From: Scenedesmus sp. PABB004
Lineage: Eukaryota
Assembly (NCBI GenBank): GCA_014905635.1
Contig: JABVCE010000012.1
Span: 992,001 to 1,056,000, forward strand
Length of the DNA: 64,000 bases
Direction: 5' to 3'
Shown here: positions 14,501-27,000 of the stretch, one piece after another
Numbering within the stretch: position 1 is the first letter of the stretch
How the letters are laid out: every line of letters begins with the position of its first letter
The notes under the pieces: generated by a model
Databases searched by the model: none
What the model saw: the letters and a program-made list of their open reading frames with translations, nothing else
What the model was told of the DNA's origin: nothing
Program-made: the position numbers and the translations under genes

Positions 14501-16408
14501 AGCGCGCGGCGGCGCGTGCGGCGGCGCGCCTGCTCGTGCATGTGGCGCAGCTCGCGCGTGAGCCAGGCGCTGGTGCGGGGGTTGTCGAGGTAGTCGGGGT
14601 AGACCGTCTTGCCTGCGGGCGGGTTTGAAGCGCGCGAACAGTGACAGACTGCATTTGAACCGGCCCTGACACCTCACTCTCACTGTCCCTCTTTCTCTCC
14701 GCCTCTTTCTTTTCGTTGACGACCCTGCTGCCTGTGAGCCGCGGCCCGCCGCCGCCGCGGCCCGCCGCCGCCGCGTCCGCGTCCGCCGCACCTGGCCAGA
14801 CCTGGCCCATGTAGTCGACGCCGCTCTCGTCCGTGATCCACACGCGGTCGCGGCTGCCCTCCTCAAACGCGCGGTAGCCCTTGTCCGCGGCGATGCCGGC
14901 GTCCTGGATGGCGACCCAGTGCTGCCCCCGCGCGTGGAGGCGGTCCACGAGGTGCCGCATGCCGTCGGCGGGGTACCGGACTGCGCGCGGGGTTACGGGG
15001 GCGGCGGCCGCGGGCGGTGGGCGGGTGCGGACCCGCTGACGTCACGCTGGCGAGCGCCGGCTCGCCAACGCCGCGGGCCCGCAACACTGAGCGCGGGCAG
15101 CGCGGCGCCTCAACACTCACACTCGTCAAACTCCATCGTCCAGAAGCGCGTGGGCATGTACTCGATGTCCGACCACACCGTCTCGAGCGGCAGCCCGGTC
15201 GCGGTGTAGTTGTCAACCACACTCTCCAGCACGGTCATATTGGAGTAGCCCCACCTGGCCCGCCAGACAGCAGCAGGGCGGGCGGCGGCGGCCGGGCGAG
15301 TGGCGGCCCAGCGCGCGCGGCGCGGGGGGCGCCGCCGGCCGCTGCGCGGAGTGCTCCCCGCTCCAAGCGCGCGCGCGCGCGCCGGCGCGGCCTGCCCGCG
15401 GCCTTGCGCGCACCGCGTCTGGTGGAAGCCGAGGGACCAGTAGGGCGGCAGCGCCGGCGCGCCAATGACGGCGTGGTACTGCCGGATGACCTCCTCGGGC
15501 GAGGGCCCCGTGAAGAAGTAGAGGTCCACCAGGCCCCCGATCACCCTGGTTGCGAGCGCAGCGCAGGGGAGGGGCGGGAGCGCAGGTGAGATGGCCGCGG
15601 CAGCGGGCGGCGCGGGCCGGCAGCCGACCGCGCCGCGCCAAGGGGGGGTACGGTCCCCGCTCGCAGCTTGCGCGCCTGTAGGTGAGGCTCGTCGCGTTGA
15701 GCAGCACGTCCATGCCGTTGGAGTTGAGGAACAGCACGCCGTGGGTGCTGCCGTCTGGGCGGGGGCGGCGCGCCGCGCGCGCGGCGTCAGCGCAGCCCAC
15801 GCCACCGCGCCGGCGCCCGCCGCGGCCGCCGCTGCGGCCTCCCCCGCCGCTCCCCGCCGCCTCTCCCGCCGCCGCTCTCCCGCGCTCTGGAGAGGCCCTC
15901 CCGCTCCCTCGCTCACCCTTGGCAACCTGCAGGTAAAAGGGGTGGCTGCCATAGAGGTTGGCATAGGGCAGCGCCGACGCGAGGTCGCGCGCCCAGAGCG
16001 TGAGCACGCTGCCGTCGCGCGGCAGCAGCATGCCCGTGGGCAGCGAGACCTCGCCCAGGCCGTACAGGTCGGCGTCGGCCGGCACGGTGGTCGTGAGCTC
16101 GATGAACTGGTCCTTGAAAACAAAGCTGCAAGTGGCGGCGCGCGAGCAGCCGTGATGGCCGGCGGCGGGCGCGCGCGCGGCGGCCGCAGGTGCGGCGCCG
16201 GCGCCGGCGGGTGCGGCGGCGGCGCCGGCGGCGCGGCGCACCGGTGGCCGCGCGTGTCAAAGATCGGCTCGCCCGTGGAGGCGCGCGTCACGGTGAGCGC
16301 AAACGGCTCGCCCGGCGCGCCGGTGCTGACGTCATAGGTCAGAGCCTTGGCGCTGAGCCCCGCCTGCGCGCCGGGCCTGCGGGCCGGGTGCGGCGCGTTG
16401 GGCGCAGT

Positions 16409-16451
<43 letters not shown>

Positions 16452-17326
16452 CCACCGCAAGGGCCGCCGCAGCAGGAGCGCGGGCAGCGCCCGCGGCGCT
16501 GCGCGCGCCGCCCCCGGCGGTGCCGCTGGGCGCCGCCGCGCGTGCCTCGCGCGAGCGGCGCTGCACACGGAGCTCACCGCTGCACGATGAACTCCGGCAC
16601 CTCCCAGCGCGTGCTGCCGTCGTTGGGCTGCACCTTCACGTGCAGCCGCGTCGCCGTCTCGGGTGTCACCTCCACCCGCAGCTCCTCGAACGGCGTGCCA
16701 TACTCTGGCACGGGGTCGCTGGCTACCCGCACGGTCGCCACGCGCGCTCCCGCGGCGTCTGCACGCGCGGGCGCGGGGCGCGGCGGCCGCGCCGGCGCGC
16801 GTTGGTCCAGCTGGGCGCTGCAGCTGCGCCCGGGCGGCCCGGGGCTGCCTCTGGCGGCCGGATGTGGGCGGGGCGGCGCCCGGGCGAACGATCGGCGGCG
16901 CCGCCGCGGCGCGCCGCGCGCAGCCAGGCCCGCCGGCGCCCACCTGCCGCGGCGTCAACTGCTGTCGTGGTGTAGGTGGCTTGCCGGGGCGCGCCTGCGG
17001 GTCGGGGGGCCTCAGTGAGCTCGCGCGCTGCCCCTGAGCCGCGCGTGGCGGGGCGCCGGGCCGGGGGCGCGCCGGGCTGCCGACTCGCGCCATCGCCTCC
17101 CACGCCCCCGGCTGGCAACGACGCCTGTGCCCGATCGCAGCGCGCCGCCGGCCGCGGGGAGCTGCCACGATCATTTCCAGCACCCCTACGTGCTCGCGCC
17201 GCGCCCGCGCGCGCCGCACGCCAGTGGGCGCCACGCCAGCAGCAGCACACCTGCTGCGGCGCCGAGGCAGCATGCCAAAAAAACAGCGAGCCCTGGCACG
17301 CGGGCGCGACACCGGCTGCGGCCCAT
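11546..17326 (-). CDS. GH31 alpha-glucosidase, copy A (inverted, divergent paralog), multi-exon
   Basis: N-terminal hydrophobic MGRSRCRARVPGLAVFLACCLGAAAGVLLLAW. Motifs RLHVKV...[42 protein letters not shown], catalytic [48 protein letters not shown]. Ends LALEWSV*. Confidence 0.93.
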
Positions 17327-18240
17327 GATCGGCGCCAGCGATGCGCGGGCCGGAGTGATGGCGGGCGGCGCCTGCGCGTGGCCGCTGGGCCTGGGCAAGC
17401 CTGGCAGCTTGCGCGTGTGCCTCCTGGGTCTCCGGTCAATCTCACGAGCACGGCAGAACGGGCGGGGCCGCGAGCGGCGAGCTGGCTGTCTGGTGGGCGG
17501 CCTCGCGTCCAGCCGCCTGCCCGGAGGACGCCCGATGGCGGCCAACCGCTACGTCGTAGCCTTGGCGAGAGTGACTCCCGGAAAAGCGTCACGGCGCTGT
17601 GAACGCGACTGGGCTCGGCGCGCGAGGAGCAGCGAAGAAATCGACATGGCGGGCGCGCGCGGGGCGCAAACGAGCTTCCGAAAGGTCGTGCTGTGTCAAA
17701 TGCGTATTCATTTGATCGGGGGCCAACCACGCGAGGCTAACGTCAGGCCAGCATCATTTTTTTCCAGTGCTCGCGCTCGTCTCTGACGCCCGACGCCGCT
17801 CGTTCCGGGCCCACAAGCTCGCCCCGGCTCTTGCTCTGCATCCCCCACGTCGCGACAGGCCTGGCAGGCGATGCGCGCGCTCGCTCAGACTGCCGCGCCG
17901 CCGCCAGCGCGGCCGCCGCGCCGCCGCCGGCTTGGCCCGCCCGGCCGGCCAGCCGCTCAGCTGGCTCTGGTGCCGAAGCTGCAGGTCAGAAACGGCTTCG
18001 CTGCTTTTTCACGCATCCGCGACTGGGTGGAGGTCACGGCGGCCTGGCCAGGCCAAAACAGCTGCTGCAGCGGTTGGCCGGGCACGGGCACGATGACCCG
18101 ATACGATGCAAAAGCTCCCGCCGCAGCCCGCATAGACGCTTTTAGTCGCAAAAGAACTGGTGGCCTACTACGCTCGCAGCCACGGGCAGCGCACGCCCCA
18201 CGCCACACGGCTGCCGCCTCGCCGCCCCTCCTCCGCTGCC

Positions 18241-21200
18241 ATGGCGCGGCTGCGCGCCGCGCTGGCGCTGGCGGTGGCGCTCGCGTTCGTCGCATCTGCT
18301 GCCGGCGAGGCGCGGGAGCCTGCGGGTGCGCCGCCGGCGCGCGGCCGCCGCAACCGCTGGCGGCGGGACGGACCCACGAGAGCGGCCGGCCGCGCCGCCG
18401 CCCGACCCCTCGCGCAGGTGCAGGTGGCAGCAGCAGCGGCAGCGGCGCTCCGGCCGCTGACTGGCGCACATACCGCGTGCAGCGCACCGCACCGCGGCGC
18501 GGGGTCAGCGGCGCCTCCGCGCTCGGCGCGGCCTCGCAGCTGCGCCTCGCGACGGAGCAGCTGCCGGCGTACGGGCCGTCGTTCAAGGACCTCACCGTGG
18601 AGGTCATGCCGGAGAGCGCGGCGCGGCTGCACGTGAAGATCGCGCCCACGGGGCAGCGGCGCTGGGAGGTGCCCGAGAGCATCATCAAGCGGTGCGCGCG
18701 ACGGGACGGGGCGCGGCGGCGGCCGCGCATCGCCGACCCAGACCGCCGCCTCGCCGCGCGCCGCGCCGCGCCGCACCACCCGCCACCCGCCCTGTCGCCG
18801 CCGCGCAGGCCGGGCGTGCAGGCGGGGCTGGCCGGCGCCGACCTGGCGTACGACGTTGCGCTGTCGCAGCCGGCGCGCCGCAGCCAGGGCCAGGGCCAGG
18901 GCAGCGGCGAGCCCTTTGCGCTGACCGTCACGCGCCGTGGGAGCGGCGCGCCGATCTTTGACACGCGCGGCCACCGGTGCGCGGCGCCGCCGCCGCCTCT
19001 CTCCAGCAGCCCCTCTCTCCAGCGCGCACGGCTCACGTGCCGCCACTCGCCGCGCCGCAGCTTTGTGTTCAAGGACCAGTTCATCGAGCTCACCACGGCG
19101 TTGCCGGCCGACACTCACATCTACGGCCTCGGAGAGGTCACGCTCCCGGGCGGGCTGCTGCTGCCGCGCGACGGCAGCGTGATCACTCTGTGGAACCGTG
19201 ACCTGCCAGCCGCCGAGCCGCACGCCAACCTCTACTCCAGCCACGCCTTTTACCTCGCCGTCGCCGCCGACGGCAGCGCGCACGGCGTGTACTTCCTCAA
19301 CTCCAACGGCATGGACGTGCTGCTCAACGCGACCAGCCTCACCTACAGGCGCGCAAGCTGCAAGGGGGGACCGCACCACCCCTTGGCGCGGCGCGGCCGG
19401 CTGCCGGCCCGCGCCGCCAGCCGCCGCGGCCCCCTCACCTGCGCTCCCGCCCCTCCCCTGCGCTGCGCTCGCAACAACCAGGGTGATCGGGGGCCTGGTG
19501 GACCTCTACTTCTTCACGGGACCCTCGCCCGAGGAGGTCATCCGGCAGTACCACGAGGCGCGCGCCGCGGCCGCGGTGGCAGCCTCGGACGGGCGCGCGC
19601 GCGCGCAGCCCGCAGTGCAGCCGACCCGCCCCGCCCCGCTGCGCTCGTGGCCGTGCCCAGGTGATTGGCTTCCCGGGGCTGCCGCCGTTCTGGGCGCTCG
19701 GCGCACACCAGGCGAAGTGGGGCTACTCCACCGTCGGCGTGGTCGAGGCTGTCGTGGCCAACTACAGCGCCGCGGGCATTCCCCTCGAGGGCGTGTGGGT
19801 GGACATTGAATACATGAATAGGTGAGCGCCTAGGCCTTGCCAGCAGCATGCTTGTGCGTCGTCATGCCTGCTGCACGAGCTCGGCTCGGCGGCAGACTCA
19901 ATGAGCAGGGCGCCTGCGCCGCGGCGGCGTGCCGCGCGCCCCGCACGTCACCAACGCCACCGCTCCGCCCCGCCCCGCCGCGCCGCGCCGCCAGCCGCTT
20001 CCAGACGCTGACGCTCGACCCCGTGCGCTTCCCGCGCGACCGCATGGCCGCGTTCGCGGGCCGCTTGCACGCCGCGGGGCAGAAGTGGGTGCCCATCCAT
20101 GACGCCGGCATCGCTGTGGCGCGTGGCTACGCCGCGTACGAGAGTGGCAGCGCCGCGGACGTGTGGATCAAAGACCACACCGGGCGGCGGGACTACCTCG
20201 GCCAGGCGCGGCGGCGCCGCCGCCGCCGCCGCCGCCACCGCCCGCGCCATGTGCCCCGCGTCGCCGTGTGCCCCACCAGCCCCGCGTCGCCGTGCAGCCT
20301 TGAGCGCTGCACCCCGCTCCCTCTCACACACCCGCCCACGCACCCATGCACACGCAGGTGTGGCCAGGGCCCACCGTGTACCCAGACTATCTCTCCCACC
20401 CCAACGTCACCGCCTGGCTGACGCGCGTACTCGCAGACTTCCATGCCCAGGTGCGGGGCGGCACCCCGCAGGGGCCTCGCGCAGCACCGTGCCCCGCGCC
20501 CCGCGTGAGGCCGTGCGCTCACGCCGCCGCGCGGCGGTGCGGGGCGCAGGTGCCGTTTGACGGCCTGTGGCTGGACATGTCCGAGGCCTCCAACTTTTGC
20601 AGCGGCATGACGTGCGTGCCCGACACGGCCAACGCGGTCGCCATGAAGTGTGAGCGACGCCGCAAGCGCGCCGGCAGCGCGCGCCCGCCCGCCCGCACTC
20701 AGCTGCTTGTCGGCTGGCCGCCGACGCCTCGCCCCCGCCGCGGCCGCCCGCGCGCAGGGCTGGAGCTGCCGACGCCTGCTGACTACAATATCTCTACCCT
20801 CATCCAGCCGCGCACAACGTGCCAGCTCAAGTGCGAGCCCGCGCCACCGGGCAACACGCTCGGCCACCCGCCGTACGCGATCCACAATTTCGAGCCCGCG
20901 ACCAAGACGCGCGACGCACCCATCAGCAGCGAGGTCATCCATCCGACCGCCAGTGAGCGGCGCGCGGACGGGCCAGCGCCCGCTGGACAAGCGCCAGCGC
21001 TGGCTTGCGCAGGCGCCTGACGTGCGGCCCGCCCCGTCGGCGCACGCCACTCGCAGAGCACGCCGACGGCGCGCTCGAGTATGATGCACACAGCCTCTTC
21101 GGCACGGCCATGGCCAAGGCGCACTTTGAGGCGTTCGCCAAGGTCACCGGCAAGCGGCCGTTCCAAATCCTGCGGTGCGGTGCACGCCGCCGCAGCCGCG

Positions 21201-23251
21201 CTGCACACGTGCGGCCGGCCGGCGGCCGCGCCTGACTCGCGGGGGCCACGTCCGCGGCGCGCAGGTCCACCTTCCCGGGCGCCGGCAAGTGGACGGGCCA
21301 CTGGTGCGCGCGGCTCGCGGCGCACAGGGCGCGGCGGCCGCGTCCGGCGGGCCGGCGTTGACGCGGCCGTTCCGCGCGCCTGCTTGCAGGACGGGCGACA
21401 ACCGCGCGACGTGGCAGGGGCTGTTCGAAAGCATCGCGAGTACGCTCAACCCGAGTCTCTGGGGCATCCCAATGTGCGCTGCGCCGCCCGCGGGCCTGGC
21501 CAGCCCGCGCCCGCCCGCCGGGCGCTCACCCATGCTTGCCCGCGCGCCGCCGCCGCGCGCTCCAGGGTTGGGCCGGACGTGTGTGGCTTCATCGACACCG
21601 CAAAGGCCAGCCCGGAGCAGATGGGCTTCAACGGCATGGGCGGCGGCGTTGCGGGCGTCGCCTCGGCGAGCGGCGCGCTGCCGGACAGCGAATACGAGGA
21701 GCTCTGCAACCGGTGCGCGCGCTGGAGAGACGTGGGCCGGGCCGGGGCGCTCTGGGCCGCCGCTGCCGGGCCACCGCGGCCCGCGCCCGCTGACCGGCCG
21801 CTGCGCCCGCGCACGCACGGGGGCCAGGTGGACGAGCGCCGGCGCCTTTTACCCATTCCTGCGCAACCACATGGGCTACTTTGCGCGCCACCACGAGCCC
21901 TACCGGTGCGCCGCTCAAGCGCAGTGCGCAGCTCAGCACGCACGGCGCACCGCCCGGGCGGCGGCCGAGTGCCGCGCCACGCCCCGCCCCGCGCCGCCGC
22001 CCCGCCCCGCGCCGCGCAGCTGGCCGGCCGTCGCGGCGGCGGCGCGCAAGGCGTACGGGCTGCGCTACCGCCTGCTGACTCACTTCTACGGCGAGCTCGC
22101 ACTTGTCGCGGCCAAGGGCGGCACGCTCGCGCGCCCGCTGCTCTTTGCAGACTCCAGCGACGCCGGCGCGCGGTGCGGCGCGCGGCAGCGCTGGCCCGCT
22201 CGCGCGTGCCGCGGTGCAGGCGCACGGCCGCCCAGCACGCGGGCGCGGGCTCAAGCGACAAGCGGCGGCCGCCGTTGCCGCGCCGCCTGGTCGCAGGAAC
22301 GCCACGAAGCAGTGGATGATGGGCGAGGTGGTGCTGGTCAGCCCCGTGATCACGCCCAACACCACCACCGTCAGCGCCCACTTCACCGCCGGCGCATGGT
22401 GCGGCCCGCGCGCGCCGGCCCGCACGCGCGTGCACACCTGCACCGCGCCCACCCCCCGCCGCCCCGTGCGCCGACCCGCGCGCCGCCAGGTACTCGGCGT
22501 GGGACTACTCGCGCCTCTCGGTGCCGGCGGGCCGCGTCGTGCAGCTCGCCGCGCCGCTGGGCGAGGTCCCCGTGCACTTCCGTGGCGGCGCGGTGCTGGC
22601 GACGCAGCCCGCGCGCGCGCTCGTCACGCGCGACGTGCGCTTTACCCCCGTCACACTCGTCGTGACGCTGCCGGCCGCGCCGAGCGGTCCGCGCGGCGCG
22701 GCGGCCGGGCGCGGGGCGGCGCCGCGCCGCCGGGCGCTCGCGCCGTACGAGCTCGAGCCCGAGTGCGCCGCCGCACACGCGGCCAACCCGGGGCACCTGG
22801 TGTCCTGCGGTTTGCTGTATCAGGACGACGACGCGCTGGCGGTCACGCCCGACAACAGCCTGCTGGTGCGCGCCGCGGCGCGGCGCGGCGCTCGCGCTCG
22901 CGCCCGCGCCTTTTCGCCGGCCTCGGCGCGGCACGGCCTCCCTCACGCGCGTCTGGCCGCGCTGTCGCACCCCGCGCGCAGGTGTGGATCACCGCCGCGG
23001 CGGCGCCCGACGCGACGCGCGGCAGCGTGAACAGCACGGTCAAGGCCGCCGGCGGCGAGGCGGCGCGCAAGCTGCGCGTGCAGGCGGTGCACGTGCTCGG
23101 CGTGGCGGCGCCCGCGGCCGGCGCGGCGCCGACCGCGCGCGTCGGCGGGCGCGAGGTGCCGGCCGAGTACGACGCCGCGGCCGGCGCGCTGCGCATCAGC
23201 GGCCTCGACGCGCGCGCGGGCGAGCCGCTCGCGCTGGAGTGGCGGCTGTGA
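18241..23251 (+). CDS. GH31 alpha-glucosidase-like, copy B, multi-exon
   Basis: Signal peptide [22 protein letters not shown]. Motifs [54 protein letters not shown]. Ends LALEWRL*. Confidence 0.93.
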
Positions 23252-24014
23252 ACTGCTGCGGTGATCGTCACAGGGGGTGGGCATTGGCCGCTGTAGAGAG
23301 TGAGTTGATTTTTGTATCACGCGCGTAGAACAAGGAGCTCACCGGCGTGGCCTCACGCCAGCGCGCTCGCCCGCCGCCCGTTGTCCTGCGTGCCGCGCGC
23401 CGCGTGCCGCGGCGGCCTGCACAGCCAGCAGCTGGCTGCAGCACAGCCAAGCACGCGGCCCGGCAGCGACGGGCTGCCCGTCGCAGCGTTCGGGAACGCC
23501 GTGGGTGCGGTGTCGGCGACTGCAGGCGGCGGTGCCGACCCGCAGGGTCAACCAGCTCCAGCGTCTGCGGCGCCGTGCCAGGGCGCAAGCGCAAGCGCCG
23601 TGCACGCCGCCACGAGCCGCGGACGTCACCGACCGCCCCTCAGAGGCACTTTTCTGCTCCGGCTGCCCTGCCTGCGATGGAGCGGCCCCTGATGAGTCAC
23701 GGAAGCGCAAATCAGGCTTCTGCGAGCATGATCGGCCAAGTGGACGCAGCAGCGCGCGAGGTGGTCGGCAATGTTCGTCGTGCGCCTGCATGCGGAAGTG
23801 TGAAACCGCTCGCCGTACCTTCCTGAGACGTGCTACGCGCAGCTACTCAGCTTGCCCACACGCGCTCGAGCCTCTGTAGCCGCGCCACTGCACACACGAC
23901 GCATAGGGTTTGACGACTGTTTCGGGCGAACGCGCGCCTCGCGCGCTCGCAGCCGCGGGCAGCACACGCCCCACGCCACGCGGCGCTCCGACGCCGCCCT
24001 CCTCCGCGGCTGCC

Positions 24015-27000
24015 ATGGCGCGGCTGCGCGCCGCGCTGGCGCTGGCGGTGGCGCTCGCGTTCGTCGCATCTGCTGCCGGCGAGGCGCGGGAGCCTGCGGG
24101 TGCGCCGCCGGCTCGCGGCCGCCGCAACCGCTGGCGGCGGGACGGACCCACGAGACCAGCCGGCCGCGCCGCCGCCCGGCCCCTCGCGCAGGTGCAGGTG
24201 GCAGCAGCGGCGGCAGCGGCAGCGCCGCTCCGGCCGCTGACTGGCGCACATACCGCGTGCAGCGCACCGCGCCACGGCGCGGGGTCAGCGGCGCCGCCGC
24301 GCTCGGCGCGGTCTCGCAGCTGCGCCTCGCGACGGAGCAGCTGCCGGCGTACGGGCCGTCGTTCAAGGACCTCACCGTGGAGGTCACGCCGGAGAGCGCG
24401 GCGCGGCTGCACGTGAAGATCGCGCCCACGGGGCAGCGGCGCTGGGAGGTGCCCGAGAGCATCATCAAGCGGTGCGCGCGACGGGACGGGGGCGCGGCAG
24501 CGGCCGCGCATCGCCGACCCAGACCGCCACCGGCTCGCGCCGCGCCGCGCCGCACCACCCGCCACCCGCCCTGCCGCCGCCGCGCAGGCCGGGCGTGCAG
24601 GCGGGGCTGGCCGGCGCCGACCTGGCGTACAACGTTGCGCTGTCGCAGCCGGCCCGCCGCGGCCAGGGCCAGGGCGGCGGCGAGCCCTTTGCGCTGACCG
24701 TCACGCGCCGTGGGAGCGGCGCGCCGATCTTTGACACGCGCGGCCACCGGTGTGTGGCGCCGCCGCCGCCTCTCTCCAGCGCGCACGGCTCACGTGCCGC
24801 CACTCGCCGCACCGCAGCTTTGTGTTCAAGGACCAGTTCATCGAGCTCACGACGGCGTTGCCGGCTGACACTCACATCTACGGCCTTGGCGAGGTCACGC
24901 TCCCGGGCGGGCTGCTGCTGCCGCGCGACGGCAACGTGCTCACTCTATGGAACCGCGACCTTTCCACCTCCGAGCCGCACGCCAACCTCTACTCCAGCCA
25001 CGCCTTTTACCTTGCCGTCGCCGCCGACGGCAGCGCGCACGGCGTGTACTTCCTCAACTCCAACGGCATGGACGTGCTGCTCAACGCGACCAGCCTCACC
25101 TACAGGCGCGCAAGCTGCAAGGGGGGACCGCACCACCCCTTGGCGCGGCGCGGCCGGCTGCCGGCCCGCGCCGCCAGCCGCCGCGGCCCCCTCACCTGCG
25201 CTCCCGCCCCTCCCCTGCGCTGCTGCCCGCGACCAGGGTGATCGGGGGCCTGGTGGACCTCTACTTCTTCACGGGACCCTCGCCCGAGGAGGTCATCCGG
25301 CAGTACCACGAGGCGCGCGCCGCGGCCGCGGCCACAGCCTCGGACGGGCGCGCGCGCGCGTGCAGCCCGCAGTGCAGCCGACCCGCCCCGCCCCGCTGCG
25401 CTCGTGGCCGTGCCCAGGTGATTGGCTTCCCGGGGCTGCCGCCATTCTGGGCGCTCGGCGCACACCAGGCGAAGTGGGGCTACTCCACCGTCGGCGTGGT
25501 CGAGGCTGTTGTGGCCAACTACAGCGCCGCGGGCATTCCCCTCGAGGGCGTGTGGGTGGACATCGACTACATGAACAGGTGAGCGCCTAGGCCTTGCCAG
25601 CAGCATGCTTGTGTCTCGTCATACCTGCTGCACGAGCTCGGCTGGGCAGCAGGCACGAGGCTCCGCGCGCCCGCGCCGCGGGGGATTGCACCACGACCCG
25701 CACGTCACCAACGCCACCGCCCCACCGCGCCCCGCCGCGCCGCGCCGCCAGCCGCTTCCAGACGCTGACGCTCGACCCCGTGCGCTTCCCGCGGGACCGC
25801 ATGGCCGCGTTCGCGGGCCGCCTGCACACCGCGGGGCAGAAGTGGGTGCCCATCCATGACGCCGGCATTGCTGTGGCGCGTGGCTACGCCCCGTATGAGA
25901 GTGGCAGCGCCGCGGACGTGTGGATCAAGGACCACACCGGGCGGCGGGACTACCTCGGCCAGGCGCGGCGCCGCCGCCCGTTGCCGCCGCTGGCCGTGCA
26001 GCTCTGCGCCCTGAACCCTCTCCCTCCCACACACCCGCACACACGCGCACCCACTCACACCCAGGTGTGGCCGGGGCCCGCCGTGTACCCAGACTACCTC
26101 TCCCACCCCAACGTCACCGCCTGGGTGACGCGCGTACTTGCAGACTTCCAGGCCCAGGTGCGGAGGCGCCAGCTGGCCGGGGCCTCGGACAGCACCGAGC
26201 CCCGCGCCCCGCGCCCCGCGTGAGGCCGCATGCTGACGCCGCCGCGCGGCGGCGCGGGGCGCAGGTGCCGTTTGACGGCCTGTGGATTGACATGTCCGAG
26301 GCCTCCAACTTTTGCAGTGGCATGACCTGCGCGCCTGACAGGGGCAACGAGGCTGCCATGAAGTGTGAGCGACGCCGCAAGCGCGCCGGCAGCGCGCGCC
26401 CGCCCGCCCGCACTCAGCTGCCTGTCGGCTGGCCGCCGACGCCTCGCCCCCGCCGCGGCCGCCCGCGCGCAGGGCTTGATCTGCCAACACCGGCCAACGA
26501 CAACATCTCTGCCCTCATTGAGCCGCGCACGACGTGCCAGCTCAAGTGTGAGCCCTCGCCGCCGAACAACACGCTCGGCCACCCGCCGTATGCGATCCAT
26601 AACTTTGACGCTACGACCAACAAGCGCGACGCACCCATCACCCGCAAGGTCATCCATCCGACCGCCAGTGAGCGGCGCGCGGACGGGCCAGCGCCCGCTG
26701 GACAAGCGCCAGCGCTGGCTTGCGCAGGCGGCCGACGCGTGGCCCGCCCTGCACGCGGCGCGCAGAGCACGCCGACGGCACGCTCGAGTACGATGCACAC
26801 AGCCTCTACGGCACCGCCATGGCAAAGGTGTACTTCGAGGCGTTCGCCCAGGTCACCGGCAAGCGGCCGTTCCAAATCCTGCGGTGCGGCACGCGCCGCC
26901 GCAGCCGCGCTGCGCACGTGCGGCCGGCCGGCGACCGCGCCTGACTCGCGCGGGCCACGTCCGTGGCGCGCAGGTCCACCTTCCCGGGCGCCGGCAAGTG

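Noticed and set aside
16410..16450. (GGC)n, (GC)n (10414-10440), (CGCCG)n (about 52043-52091), poly-C (about 49997-50013) and 12-27 bp intronic duplications (10219-10255, 36608-36670, 47171-47210)
   Set aside because: Ordinary microsatellites and slippage repeats in a GC-rich genome.
17327..18240. Lower-GC intergenic stretch between GH31 copies A and B as a possible mobile element
   Set aside because: No terminal repeats, target-site duplication or transposase motifs were seen. It is consistent with a divergent promoter region.
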